Below are positions 52,165-64,000 of a stretch of 64,000 nt of DNA, in pieces. Each line of letters opens with the position of its first letter. The first letter of the stretch is position 1. The translations under genes and the position numbers were made by a program. The stretch is from Eledone cirrhosa (lineage: Eukaryota): contig CAXHJY010000928.1 of the NCBI GenBank assembly GCA_964016885.1, forward strand, positions 62,001 to 126,000. Direction: 5' to 3'. Below the pieces are notes generated by a model. That model was not told the DNA's origin. It searched no databases and saw nothing but the letters and a program-made list of their open reading frames with translations.

Positions 52165-53540
52165 CTGTTCCAGCAGGGTTTTTACTGGAACATTCCACCA
52201 GTACTCTTTCATATTATGTATATGTACGTCTTCCACATTGCTGTAGCTTTTAATGTGTTTATTATCGGGGCTATCTTTTCTACGGATTGCATTGTACAGA
52301 GTTTTGGCCACTACATCATGCCTCATAGGTAGATAGTACCGCGATGACATCTTTGGACAGCTGCTGATGACATGGGTGATATCCTCGATGTTAATTCTGC
52401 AGAGTCTGCACTTGTTATCACATCTAGGTGTTTTGCCTGCATCCCTATCTCTTTTGTGAATCAGGTATTTCGTGTTGATTTCCTGTTCCTGGATTGCAAA
52501 AGCGTATCCTTCAAAGTGGGAGCCAATATAGCGGTTGTTGGTCCAAGATAGACTACTTTCCTTATCTATATTACTCTCACTCTGGAGCTTCTTGGCAACA
52601 TATCCATGCATTACTTTTTGCTGATAAGCATGCAGTTTTTCATCCATGGATTCACTGCGATGCGATACTGCTGAGCGACATCCCTGGGTGAGTGTTTTTG
52701 ATTATCACACAGGGAATATCTCTCGAGGAGTTCTTTCCCAGCTCTCATGATCTTATCTGTTTCATGCAGATAGACTTGCTCGAGAAACGGGCTCCTACGC
52801 TTCGACGTTCGTAGATGTTGTCGGAGAGATATTCAAATGCTGTCTGGACTGATGTTAGGCCTCTGCTTCCCTGCTTACGTTTCAAGTAAAGGTGGTCTAT
52901 GTTACTGTTGATGTGGAATTTTCCGGTGTTCAGTATTTTTCGAGTTTTAACATCAACTGCTCGGATTTCGTCTATCGTCCAACTGAGTATTCCAAACGTT
53001 GGCGTTAGGACAGGCACAGCAAACACATTGTGAGCCACTGTTTTGTTTTGTGCAGAGAGTTCCGATGACCAGATCTTTCTTAATCGGGTGTAGTATTCCC
53101 TAGTTACGCGTTCTTTATTACAGATACCATTATAGGATATGTTCTCATCTATCCCCAGGTATCTGTAACAGTCCTCATCAGATATTGGTGAAACAGTTAG
53201 GCCATTGATGACAATGTTGCTAGATTGGGTTGTAGTTTTTCCCCGCTTTACATTTATATATGTACATTTATCTTGGCCAAACTCCATTCCTATATCCTTT
53301 GAGAACGTTGTAACCAGGTCAAGATTTTTCTTCATACCATCCATGTTCTTGGCATAGAGTTTCAGATCGTCCACAAAGAAATTATGGGTTAGGTTTGTAT
53401 TTCTGTCCTCCTGTGAGCCAATGATGTATCCCTCACATTTCTTGAGCAGAAAGGACAAGGGGTTTAATGACAGGATGAACAATATCACAGAGAGACTGTC
53501 CCCCTGAATTATACCCCTGTGATATTCTATTTTATCAGTG
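52165..53540 (-). mobile_element. R4/Dong-type (restriction-like endonuclease) non-LTR retrotransposon fragment
   Basis: RT motifs RGIIQGDSLS, FFVDDLKLYA, GMEFGQDKC and YRYLGI, then the CCHC knuckle CRLC...EDITHVISSC and RHDVVAK. Truncated before the RLE catalytic core. Confidence 0.85.
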
Positions 53541-53546
53541 TATGTA

Positions 53547-53577
<31 letters not shown>

Positions 53578-53791
53578 GTTATAATATTGTTATACTTTGG
53601 GAGGGTCATGTTGCCAATAAGAAACACACGCACCAGTTGCTTTCACTTCAATTTATTATATATTTATAAATTTATAAATTTACAAATTTACAAACTTATA
53701 TAGGAGCAAATTTTGGAATAGAATAGAAAGAACTAGGAACAAGGCCAATAGAATAAACTCATGGTATGATAGCAATAAATACCAGAGTGTA

Positions 53792-54325
53792 ATGTTCATC
53801 AATACAACCCCTAGAGGCGAACTAGCCTACAAATTTAGAAGGGCCCTAAATAAACATAATCTCAATATTAAGATAGTAGAAAGACCAGGTACCTCCGTAA
53901 AAACACTTATTAGCAAGACATACCCGTTCCAAAGACCCTCATGTATAGATAAGAAATGTATAACCTGTAAAATAAGCCCCCATATTAACTGTAAAACTAA
54001 AAATGTAGTGTATAGCATAAGATGTACTGAAGGACAATGTAGAAACAAAAATATAGTGTACATAGGTGAGACAGCTCGTAGTATAGGGGAACGACTAAAT
54101 GAACACTGGCGAGACCTCCAAGATAATAAGGAATTATCTGTGCTCTACCAACATGCTAAGATAGAACACAGGGGTAGATTAGAGAACATAGAAATAAAAA
54201 TAGAATCCACACACAGAAAAGACGCAATGTTTAGACAAATTACAGAGGCAGTAAGCATAAAAGAATTAAAACCAAAATTAAATAGAAAATATGAGTGGAA
54301 CAGCAACATCACAACTTACAATTAA
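53792..54325 (+). pseudogene. C-terminal GIY-YIG endonuclease domain of the Penelope-like polyprotein (RT lost by truncation)
   Basis: C..C....C.TKNVVYSIRC...C....VYIGET.RS..ERL.EH...H...R.ITEA..I....P.LN, with the Cys-rich linker seen in Neptune-type PLEs. Confidence 0.88.
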
Positions 54326-54602
54326 GGACAAAATGAAAACACACACAGGACAAAATGAAAACACACACACACATAGAACAAACAACTTACAATTAAGGAC
54401 AACATGAAAACACACACACACATAGAACAAACAACCAACCAACAATAAATAAATAAATAAATAAACAAATAGATAAATGAACACAAACACACACAGACAC
54501 CCGGATGTGGCGCATGCGCAAACTGAGCACACAACACACACAGAAACAAAATGGCGTAGGATAGAAGAAAGGAAAGGCACAGAAACAAAGAAAGGAATCC
54601 CC

Positions 54603-54647
54603 AGTCACTGAAGAGGTCACAGAGTGTGTGACGAAAGGACTATGACT
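54603..54647 (+). ncRNA. Minimal type I hammerhead ribozyme motif in the Penelope pLTR
   Basis: AGTCA-CTGAAGA-g-GTCACA-gagtg-TGTGAC-GAAA-GGAC-TA-TGACT: 5-bp stem I, 6-bp stem II and a minimal near-palindromic stem III. Confidence 0.8.
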
Positions 54648-54903
54648 ATATATAAACAACTATCTGGTTGTGGAACCAACCAACCAACCAGAAATTTATA
54701 AGTTTGTAAATTTGTAAATTTATAAATTTATAAATATATAATAAATTGAAGTGAAAGCAACTGGTGCGTGTGTTTCTTATTGGCAACATGACCCTCCCAA
54801 AGTATAACAATATCGGTTTCAACACACGATTTCAGATAAAGAATCTTGCTAAACAAATTCAGAAACGAAATATATATAATACATATATATAATACATATA
54901 TTA

Positions 54904-55512
54904 TGTCAGGTCACCAGTTGGTGCTACTGGTAACATGTATCCCAGTACAACCTGTCTCATGGTTGGGTCGTTGGCGACTAAACTGGCAACCCTACCAAGG
55001 TTTCTTGGTGAGGAGGGTGACTTTGGACATCCTGCAGGACTAAAAACAAAACCTGTCAAAGGGCAAAGGAGCTCTTAAGAGTCAATGGCCATCCAAAATC
55101 ACTGGGAGAGATGACCCCTTAGCCTTTGTCAAGGCAGAATTCTAGGAGAAGGAAAACTCTGATATAACACCTGCAACCCTGATGGTATCCAATGATGTTG
55201 ACTTGTTCTTCTTTTTGGTAAATATCATCTTGGTTAAGAGAGTGGGACTGGCTTTGTGCAGTGCCTTTGCTCACTATAAAAGCTTCATGGCACAGGCATT
55301 GCTTTATATCTGGAGATCTCTCTGCACTTGTCGTCACATGGTACCATGGACCCAGCATTATGTGTCAATAATTGTCACAAGTGTAGTGTTTGTACCAGAG
55401 TCTTCAAGTCGCTGGCTGGACTAAAAAGTCACACTCGTTCAGCGCATCGGTAGGGGTTCTCCTACATGGATATAAAGTAGTGGCCGTACTCGAAAACGAG
55501 TTGGCAGCCACC
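54904..55512 (+). mobile_element. Non-coding retroposed family X, ~610 bp, longer copy
   Basis: Shares its 3' 410 bp with 47848-48261. Has an RTE-5'UTR-like GGAGAAGGAAAACTCTGA motif and a terminal stem-loop GTGGC..ACTCG-AAAA-CGAGT..GCCAC, followed by (TA)n. Confidence 0.7.
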
Positions 55513-55541
55513 GTATATATATATATATATGTATATATATG

Positions 55542-55586
<45 letters not shown>

Positions 55587-55923
55587 GTATATATATATAT
55601 GTATGTATATATATATATGTATGTATATATATATATACGTATATATATATTTTTTGTTAATTGCTTGTTAAATACGAGGACCTCATTCAATCATTACCTT
55701 CAATCCTTTCCTTCTTCTTCTTATAAATTCCTTAATTCCTTAATTCTATCGTATTTTCAAAACAAAACAAAATCCTTTTCCTTCTTTCGAAAACTCTAAA
55801 CTCCCGCTTCTACTAGCCCTCGACCCCCCCACCCTCTACTTCACGAGGGCATGGCGGTCAACCACCCCAATACCTACATCATGCGGCCAAACCTCTCTCT
55901 CTCTCCCCCTCCCTCTCTCTTAG

Positions 55924-55960
<37 letters not shown>

Positions 55961-56160
55961 ATAGTAAATCACTTTCGCCAAATTTCATTGCTGTTCCCTC
56001 CACGGTATATCATGTAACGTAATGTACATATTTTTCTATCATCTCCACCTCCACACTTCTATTTCGTATCCAGTCCAAACATCCAATCTATTGCTAAAAC
56101 AAATCTGCATTTTTTGTTATCATTAATTGTTAGATACGAGAGTTTTTGTTAAAATCTTGT

Positions 56161-59100
56161 ATTTTTGTTAATCGCTTGTTAAATACGAGGACCTCATTCA
56201 ATCATTACCTTCTAGCTAGCTACCCAACACCCCTCCTGCCCCCACGCACCACCATTGTTATTACGTGGACCAATCATAAGCCAGAGCCCCCACGCATCAC
56301 CATTATTATTACGCGGACCAATCATAAGCCAGAGGCCTATACTATCGCTTGCCTGGTTGCCTTTCGATATATGATGGATGGATGGACTACGGAATCCTGG
56401 AGAGTGGAGGAGAGAAAAATCTGGACGCTCAGCGACACTGCCAAAGATAAAGACAAATTCACCTCGTGGACGAGAATGCGAGCACTCCTCTTTGTTTCGA
56501 CCGCGGACGGCTAACATAACCCCATCGCCCCCCACCGCCCCCACTCCCAAACGCAATCCAAAACTTCAGAGTTGGTACCATAAATGTAGGCACCTTAAAG
56601 GTACCATAAATGTAGGCACCTTAAAGGTTGTAGAAATGCTTGAACGTAAGGAGGTCGATGTTTGTTGTATTCAAGAGACCAGGTGGAGGGGTGGGTCTGC
56701 TAGATTCATTGAGGGTAAAAAACGATGTTATAAGCTTTTCTGGGCGGGAAACGACGATGGGCTGGGTGGAGTAGGAATCATGGTAGCAGAAAAGTGGGCA
56801 GATAAGATAATAGACGTAAATAGAGTGGACGACAGAATAATTAAAATAAGACTTGTCCGCAATAGAACTACGGTGACAGTAATATCTGCGTACGCACCCC
56901 AATCCGGACTGCCCGGCACTATAAAAGACAGATTCTATGAGAGACTGATGCTCACTACCTCCTAAATAACCGACAGTGACTATATAATTATCGCAGGTGA
57001 CCTAAATTGTCATGTTGGACAACATTGTGACGGCTACGACGAAATCCATGGAGGCTATGGGTTTGGTACTAGAAATGAGGAAGGCTCCAGAATCCTGGAA
57101 TTCTGTGACGCAAATAACCTAACTATCTGTAACACTAACTTCAAAAAACGTGACAATCACCTGATCACCTATAGATCCGGGGAACACACAAGCCAGGTAG
57201 ATTATATCCTTACCAGAAGACGTGACAGAGTGTCTGTTGTAAACACTAAATCCCTCCCCCATGAAGAATGCACCTCCCAACATAGACTGATAATTAGCGA
57301 CCTCATAGTCAGGACGAGACGCACTCGACAGCAGAAGAGGACTATCCTCAGGAGAAAAATATGGAAGCTAAAGGACCCCACAGCCAGAAATAAATTTCAA
57401 AGCATATTACTTGATGCTTTCAACAGTAAGGAAGAGCATTTAGAGTCGGACAATATAGAGGGACAGTGGGAATTTCTGAAAGCAAACCTGCTGATGGCGA
57501 CAGACGAAGTCTGTGGCTGGAGCAGGCCTGTAGGCAGGAGGAGAGTAACATGGTGGTGGAACAGTAGGGTGGAGGGGTCAATTAAGGCCAAAAAGCAGGC
57601 TTGGAAAGTATGGCGGGATGGGGGAAGTAGAGAAGACTATCAAGTGGCCAGGAGGGAGGTTAGGAGACAAGTGTACTTCGCAAGAAGGGAAGCAGAGGAA
57701 AGAAAGTTCAAGCATGTTCTACAACGCGAGGACCAAAAACGTGAGGTGTTCAGGATTGCTAGGCAATGTGTCAAGGAAAACCGTGATATTGTCGGGGAGA
57801 AGCGTATACTTAATGATGACGGCGTACTTGCCATCACCGACGCTGATAAGAAGGTAGCTTGGAAGTGTCACTATGAAAGGCTACTAAATGAGGAGAATAA
57901 TTGGGAGAAAGACAGTCTCCCCCACATTGACCCAATAGAGGGACCAGCAGTGTTAGTGGAGGGTAGTATAATAAGTAAGGCAATCAAGGACATGAAGACG
58001 GGTAAGGCGGCTGGGCCTTCGGAAATAGTTGCCGAAATGCTGAAAGCATCTGGAATGGTGGGACACACTATGGTCACCCGGATAGTAAACGAAGTCATAC
58101 AGAATGGGGTCGTTCCGAAGGACTGGCGCAGCAGCATCATCATTAACTGCTACAAGGGTAAAGGTGATGCCCTACATAGGGGAAACTATAGAGGCATTAA
58201 ATTAATTGACCAGGTCATGAAGGTCACAGAAAAAGTAATAGCGCAACTAATCAGAGAGAGAATTGATCTAGACGAAATGCAGTTCGGGTTTGTGTCAGGA
58301 AAAAGTACAACAGACGCTCTTTTCATTGTACGACAACTACAGGAGAAGTACCTAGCTAAAAGTAAACCCCTATACTTAGCTTTCGTCGACTTGGAGAAAA
58401 CCTTTGACAGAGTACCCCGTTCGAATATCTGGTGGGCCCTTAGAAAACTAGGTGTTGATGAATGGCTTGTGAGAGCCATACAAGCCATGTATAAAGAAAC
58501 AGTCAGCAAGGTTAGAATTAACAACGAATATAGTGAAGAGTTTAGCGTAAAAGTTGGCGTCCATCAGGGCTCTATTCTCAGCCCCCTACTATTTATTATT
58601 GCCCTTCAGGCTATAACAGAGGAGTTCAAGACCGGCTGCCCATGGGAACTCCTATACGCAGACGACCTGACACTCATAGCTGAATCAATGGCCGAGCTAG
58701 AGAAGAAATTCCAAACATGGAAGCACGGCCTAGAATCAAAAGGCCTTAAAATTAACCTGGCTAAGACTAAAGTTCTAGTTTGTAGGAAAGAAAATAAGGC
58801 GGCGGTCCCTTCCGGGAAATGGCCATGCTCAGTGTGTAGGAAAGGCGTAGGTAGAAACTCCATTTTATGTCCCAAATGCAAAGTATGGGTACATAAAAGA
58901 TGTAGTGGGATCACAGGTAAGCTAAGAACTTAGATTTTACATGTGGGCGGTGCTCTGGTGCAATAAGTAGCAGCGAGTGCCCACAAAATACTAGCTCTTA
59001 CAACTGCGCAGAGGGCTCTATAGAAATAGTGGACAGCTTCCGTTACCTGGGTGACACAATCAGCAGTGGGGTGGGTGCTCTGAAAGTACAGTAGCTAGAG

Positions 59101-59990
59101 TCAGAACTGGATGGGAAAAGTTCAGAGAGCTTATACCACTATTAGCCGCTAAAGGGTTCTCCCTAAAAATGAAAGGCAGGTTGTATGATGCCTGCATACG
59201 AACAGCAATGTTGCATGGCAGTGAGACCTGGGCATTGTGTGCAGAGGATATACGCAGACTAGAGTGGAACGAAGCTTGCATGCTCCGCTGGATGTGTAAT
59301 AGTAATATACGTGAACGGCAAAGCATAAACGAACTAAGGAAAAAATTAGAAATAAGAGGGATCAGATGTTGTTTACTCGAGAGAAGGCTACGTTGGTACG
59401 GACACGTGATGCGCATGAAAGATGACAGCTGTGTAACAAAGTGCAGGGCAATAAAGATAGACGGTAGCTACGGAATAGGCAGACCTAGAAAATCCTGGGA
59501 CGAGCTGATAAACTCCGACCTCACACACACCTCTCCAAGACAATGTCACTGGACCGAGACCTTTGGCGGTACTCAGTAATAGAGAAGACCCGCCTTACCT
59601 AAATACATAGTAAAACCTACTACAGCCAGTAGGCTTCTCTAACAAAATACACCCCCGTCCCACCACCCCCACCCCATCCACACCACCCCCTCCTATGTAA
59701 AGTTATGTTGGTGCCACACCATCCAGGCCGAAACAAATGAGATCGTATAGGTGTCGCGACAAAAAAACACACAGCCCACGCTGTAATGTGGCCGTGGAGG
59801 CAACACGGTAAAAACCTCCCAGACCCACACTGTAAATGTGGTTGGTGTTAGGAAGGGCATCCAACTGTAGAAAACCTGCCAGACAGTCCTATGCGAGCAA
59901 GACAATCACTCTTGCCTCAAGTGGGAATACCCCCGTCCAAACCCATGCAAGCGTGGAACACGGACGTTAAACGTTGATGATGATGATGAT
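56161..59990 (+). mobile_element. Near-full-length RTE LINE subfamily A (APE-RT-PHD), inactivated; 5' boundary uncertain (56161-56520)
   Basis: ORF 56378-56965 has GTINVGTL, CIQETRW and SAYAPQ. ORF 57230-58933 has the RT with YADD and the Cys/His cluster. ORF 59169-59579 is the C-terminus. A stop at 56963 and later frameshifts break the frame. (GAT)n tail. Confidence 0.93.
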
Positions 59991-60079
59991 ATATGTATAT
60001 ATATATATATATATATATACATAAATATATATATGTATATATATATGTATATATATATATATGTATATATATATGTATG

Positions 60080-60110
<31 letters not shown>

Positions 60111-60115
60111 GTATG

Positions 60116-60146
<31 letters not shown>

Positions 60147-60190
60147 GTATATATATGTATGTATGAATATATGTATGTATGTATATATGT

Positions 60191-60872
60191 ATCATCATCA
60201 TCATCAACGTTTAACGTCCGTGTTCCACGCTTGCATGGGTTAGGACGGGGGTAGTCCCACTTGAGGCAAGAGTGATTGTCTTGCTCGCATAGGACTGTCT
60301 GGCAGGTTTTCTACAGTTGGATGCCCTTCCTAACACCAACCACATTTACAGTGTGGGTCTGGGAGGTTTTTACTGTGTTGCCTACACGGCCACATTACAG
60401 CGTGGACTGTGTGTTTTTTTGTCGTGACACCTACACGATCTCATTTGTTTCGGCCTGGATGGTGTGGCACCAACATAACTTTACATAGAACGGGGTCTTG
60501 TGGATGGGGTGGGGGTGGTGGGACGGGGGTGTATTTTGTTAGAGATGCCTACTGGCTGGAGTAGGTTTTACTATATATTTAGGTAAGGCGGGTCTTCTCT
60601 GTTACTGAGTACCGCCAAAGGTCTCGGTCCAGTGACATTGTCTTGGAGAGGTGTGTGTGATGTCGGAGTTTATAAGCTCGTCCCAGGTTTTTCTAGGTCT
60701 GCCTATTCCGTGGCTACCGTCTATCTTTATTGCCCTGCACTTTGTTATACAGCTATCGACTTTCATGCGCATCACGTGTCCATACCAACGTAGCCTTCTC
60801 TCGAGTAAACAACATCTGATCCCTCTTATCTCTAATTTTTTCTTAGTTCGTTTATGCTTTGCCGTTCACGTA
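60191..60872 (-). mobile_element. RTE LINE subfamily A, short 3' end
   Basis: Near-identical to 36922-37585, with a CAT-repeat tail in (TA)n. Confidence 0.92.
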
Positions 60873-60887
60873 ATGTATATATATATA

Positions 60888-63085
60888 TCATCATCATCAT
60901 CATCACCGTTTTACGTCCGTTCTTCCACGCTAGCATGGGTTAGACGGGTTGTCCTGTTGTGGGCAGTGTCTGGTCGGCTGACCATGCCTTGCTCATACAG
61001 GAACTGATCTGGCTTGATTTCTACAGCTGGATGCCCTTCCTAACACCAACCTCATTTACAGTGAGTGCTGGGTGCTTTTTCGTGGCGCCTACACGTCCAC
61101 TTTACAGTGTGGGCTGGGTGCTTTTTTGCCGTGGCACCTCCACGACCACCTTGCGGTGGGGGGGGGGGGGCATATTGTTTATATGCTTCAGCATGTACCC
61201 ATGGGAGGTCGGGTACCCTGTATTACTGCGTGACGCCAGAAGTCACGGTCGTGTGTCATTGACTTTGAGAGGTGTAGTTGGGTAAGGTCGGCTTTTATCA
61301 CCTCATCCCAAGTCATCTTGGGTCTCCCCACTCCGCGGTTTCCATCAACTTCTAGTGCTCTGCACCTTTTTATGCAGCTGTCATCCTTCATACGCATCAC
61401 ATGTCCATACCAGCGTAACCGCCTCTCCTGCACGCAGCATTTGATTCCTCTTATGCTCAGTCTCTCTCTCAATTCATTTATGCTTTGTCGTTCACGTATA
61501 TTACTGTTACACATCCATCGGAGCATGCAGGCTTCGTTTCTCTCTAATCTACGTAAGTCTTCCACCTTCAGCGCCCAGGTCTCACTACCATGCAACATCG
61601 CTGTTCGGATACACGCATCATACAGTCTGCCTTTCATTCTGAGGGAGAAGCCTTTTGCAGCTAGCAGTGGTAGTAGTTCCCTAAACTTCTTCCATCCCGT
61701 TCTTACCCTAGTTATTGTACTTTCTGAGCACCCACCTCCGTTGCTAATTCGGTCACCTAGGTAGCAGAAGCTGTCTACTGTTTCTACAGGGCCCTCCCAG
61801 AGATTGGTGGTACTTGTTTCCTGTGGCTGTTTGCTTGCTGTTTCAGCACAGCTGCTGCATGTGAATCCTACATTCTTAATTAAGCTTCCTGAGATCCCGC
61901 TACATCTCTTGTGTACCCATTGTTTGCATTTGGGGCAAAGAATGGAGTTCCTACCTACACCTTTCCTACATACTGAGCAAGGCCATTTCCCTGAGGGGAT
62001 CTGGGTTCTGTTTTCTCGTCTACTTATAAGGACCTTAGTCTTTGTCATGTTGACTTTGAGGCCCTTTCTCTCTAGTCCCTGCTTCCAGGTTTGGAATTTA
62101 TTCTCTAGTTCTACCATAGATTCAGCTATGAGTGCGAGGTCATCAGCATACAGGAGTTCCCATGGGCATCCGGTCTTAAACTCCTCCGTTATTGCCTGCA
62201 GGACTATGATGAACAGGAGAGGGCTAAGAACAGAGCCCTGGTGGACCCCAACCTGTACGCTAAATTCCTCGCTATACTCATTGCCAATCCTAACTTTGCT
62301 GACTGCTCCCCTATACATGGCTTGTACCGCTTTCACAAGCCATTCATCTACTCCTAGTTTTCTAAGAGCCCACCAGATTACTGCACGTGGAACTCTGTCA
62401 AAGGCTTTCTCAAGGTCGACAAATGCCAAGTAGAGTGGCTTACTTTTAGCTAGGTACTTTTCCTGTAATTGCCTCACAAGGAAGAGCGCATCAGTGGTGC
62501 CTTTCCCTGGAACAAACCCAAATTGCATCTCGTCTATATTCACCCGGTCCCTAATCAGCTGTGCTATAACTCTTTCTGTTACTTTCATGACCTGGTCCAT
62601 CAACTTTATACCTCTATAGTTTCCTCTATCTAGTGCATCGCCTTTACCTTTGTAGCAGTTGACAATGATGCTACTGCACCAATCTTTTGGTATGGCCCCC
62701 TCTAGTATTACCTGGTTAACGATACGTGTGGTTATAGTGTGACCTACAGACCCAGATGCCTTCAGCATCTCGGCAGCTATACCCGATGGACCGGTTGCCT
62801 TCCCTATCTTCATATCTCTGATTGCCTTACTTACTACGCTGCCGCTGACTTGTACTGCTGGTCCCTCTATAGGGTCTACGTGGGGTAGGGTCTCTTCTTC
62901 CCATGCATTCTCCTCATTTAGTAATCTATCATAATGACTCTTCCATGCATCTTTCTTCTCAGCACTTGTGAGGGCAAGCTCACCTTTATCATTCCGGATA
63001 CACTTCTCTCCAATGACATCACAACTATCTCTGACACACTGCCTCGCAATCTTGAATACCTCCTGTTTCTGGTCCTCACGTTGTA
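60888..63085 (-). mobile_element. RTE LINE subfamily B, 5'-truncated, reading frame intact from the truncation point to the stop at 61188
   Basis: The real part of ORF 61188-63740 starts at [10 protein letters not shown] and covers the full RT ([31 protein letters not shown]), the PHD-like finger and the C-terminus. Confidence 0.95.
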
Positions 63086-63447
63086 TGTATGTATATATAT
63101 ATGTATGTATGTATATATATATGTATATATATATGTATATATATATGTATATATATATGTATATATGTATGTATATATGTATATATGTATGTATATATGT
63201 ATGTATGTATATATGTATGTATATATGTATGTATATATGTATGTATATATGTATGTATATATATATGTATATATGTATGTATATATGTATGTATATATGT
63301 ATGTATATATGTATGTATATATGTATATATATATCTATGTATATATGTACATGTATGTATATATGTATATATATATATGTATATATATATGTACATGTAT
63401 GTATATATGTATATATATATATGTATATATATATGTACATGTATATA

Positions 63448-63482
<35 letters not shown>

Positions 63483-63683
63483 ATATATGTATATATATAT
63501 GTATATGTATATATATATGTATATATATATGTATATATATATGTATATATATATGTATATGTATATGTATATATATATGTATATGTATATATATATACAT
63601 GTATATATATGTATATATATATGTATATGTATATATATATACATATATATATATGTATATATATGTATATATATATATATGTA
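63086..63683. repeat. Long interrupted (TA)n/(TATG) microsatellite
   Basis: Seen directly. Confidence 0.97.
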
Positions 63684-63685
63684 TC

Positions 63686-64000
63686 CACTTGGCTTAGTGT
63701 TTAGAGCATTGGCCTTGCAATCGAAAGGTTGTGTGTTCAATTCTCAGACCGAGTGATGTGTTGTTTCCTTGAGCAAGACACTTTATTTCACTTTGCTCCA
63801 GTTTACTCAGCTGTAGAAATGAGATGGTAGGGACTGGGGTCCCTATCATTCCACTGCAAAGTGGTCGTGGAGGTGCCACGGCAAAAAAGCACCCAGCACT
63901 CACTGTAAATGAGGTTGGTGTTAGGAAGGGCATCCAGCTGTAGAAATCGAGCCAGAATCAGTTCCCATCCCACCCTTGAAAGCAGGGAAAAAGCGGATGT
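63686..64000 (+). mobile_element. tRNA-derived CORE-type SINE, runs to the window end
   Basis: Reverse complement of 40251-40598 with few differences. Confidence 0.9.

Larger units (their letters stand above)
53584..54870 (+). mobile_element. 5'-truncated Penelope-like element with inverted partial pLTR and 3' tail
   Basis: GIY-YIG ORF present. Perfect 117-bp inverted repeat at 53584-53700 / 54697-54813. Tail at 54814-54870. Hammerhead motif in the pLTR. TA-rich flanks. Confidence 0.9.

Noticed and set aside
54904-55000. HDV-like ribozyme at the 5' end of family X
   Set aside because: P4-like hairpin, CTAA and P2-like pairing are visible, but I could not build a convincing P1/P1.1.
63086-63740. 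N-terminal ~220 aa of the 850-aa ORF as a SINE-microsatellite-RT fusion protein
   Set aside because: (TA)n has no stop codons, so in-frame read-through is expected by chance. There is no evidence of expression.

Overview
Gene-free, AT-rich animal genomic DNA. The tRNA/CORE SINEs, RTE LINEs with (GAT)n tails and long (TA)n arrays suggest a cephalopod (octopus), but this is inference only. No host protein-coding gene, rRNA, true tRNA or CRISPR array is supported. A 25-kb tandem array of an 84-bp unit (4522-29566, about 298 units) contains nested higher-order duplications. The rest is a pile of transposons, most of them inserted into (TA)n microsatellites. These are three RTE-clade LINE subfamilies (A and B carry a PHD-type zinc finger after the RT), two CR1-type fragments, an R4/Dong-type fragment, a Penelope-like GIY-YIG element, a Tigger/pogo transposon, a Helitron 3' end, CORE-type SINEs and a non-coding retroposed family. 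The most notable signal, invisible to the ORF track, is a set of at least four unrelated fold-back (inverted-repeat) elements carrying type I hammerhead ribozyme motifs (50400-50488, 51478-51585, 54603-54647, and a 3' half at 46401-46428). Most share an 'inverted arm + unique tail' architecture typical of Penelope-like elements, and in three of them the fold-back point lies at the ribozyme core. All coordinates and alignments were made by eye.
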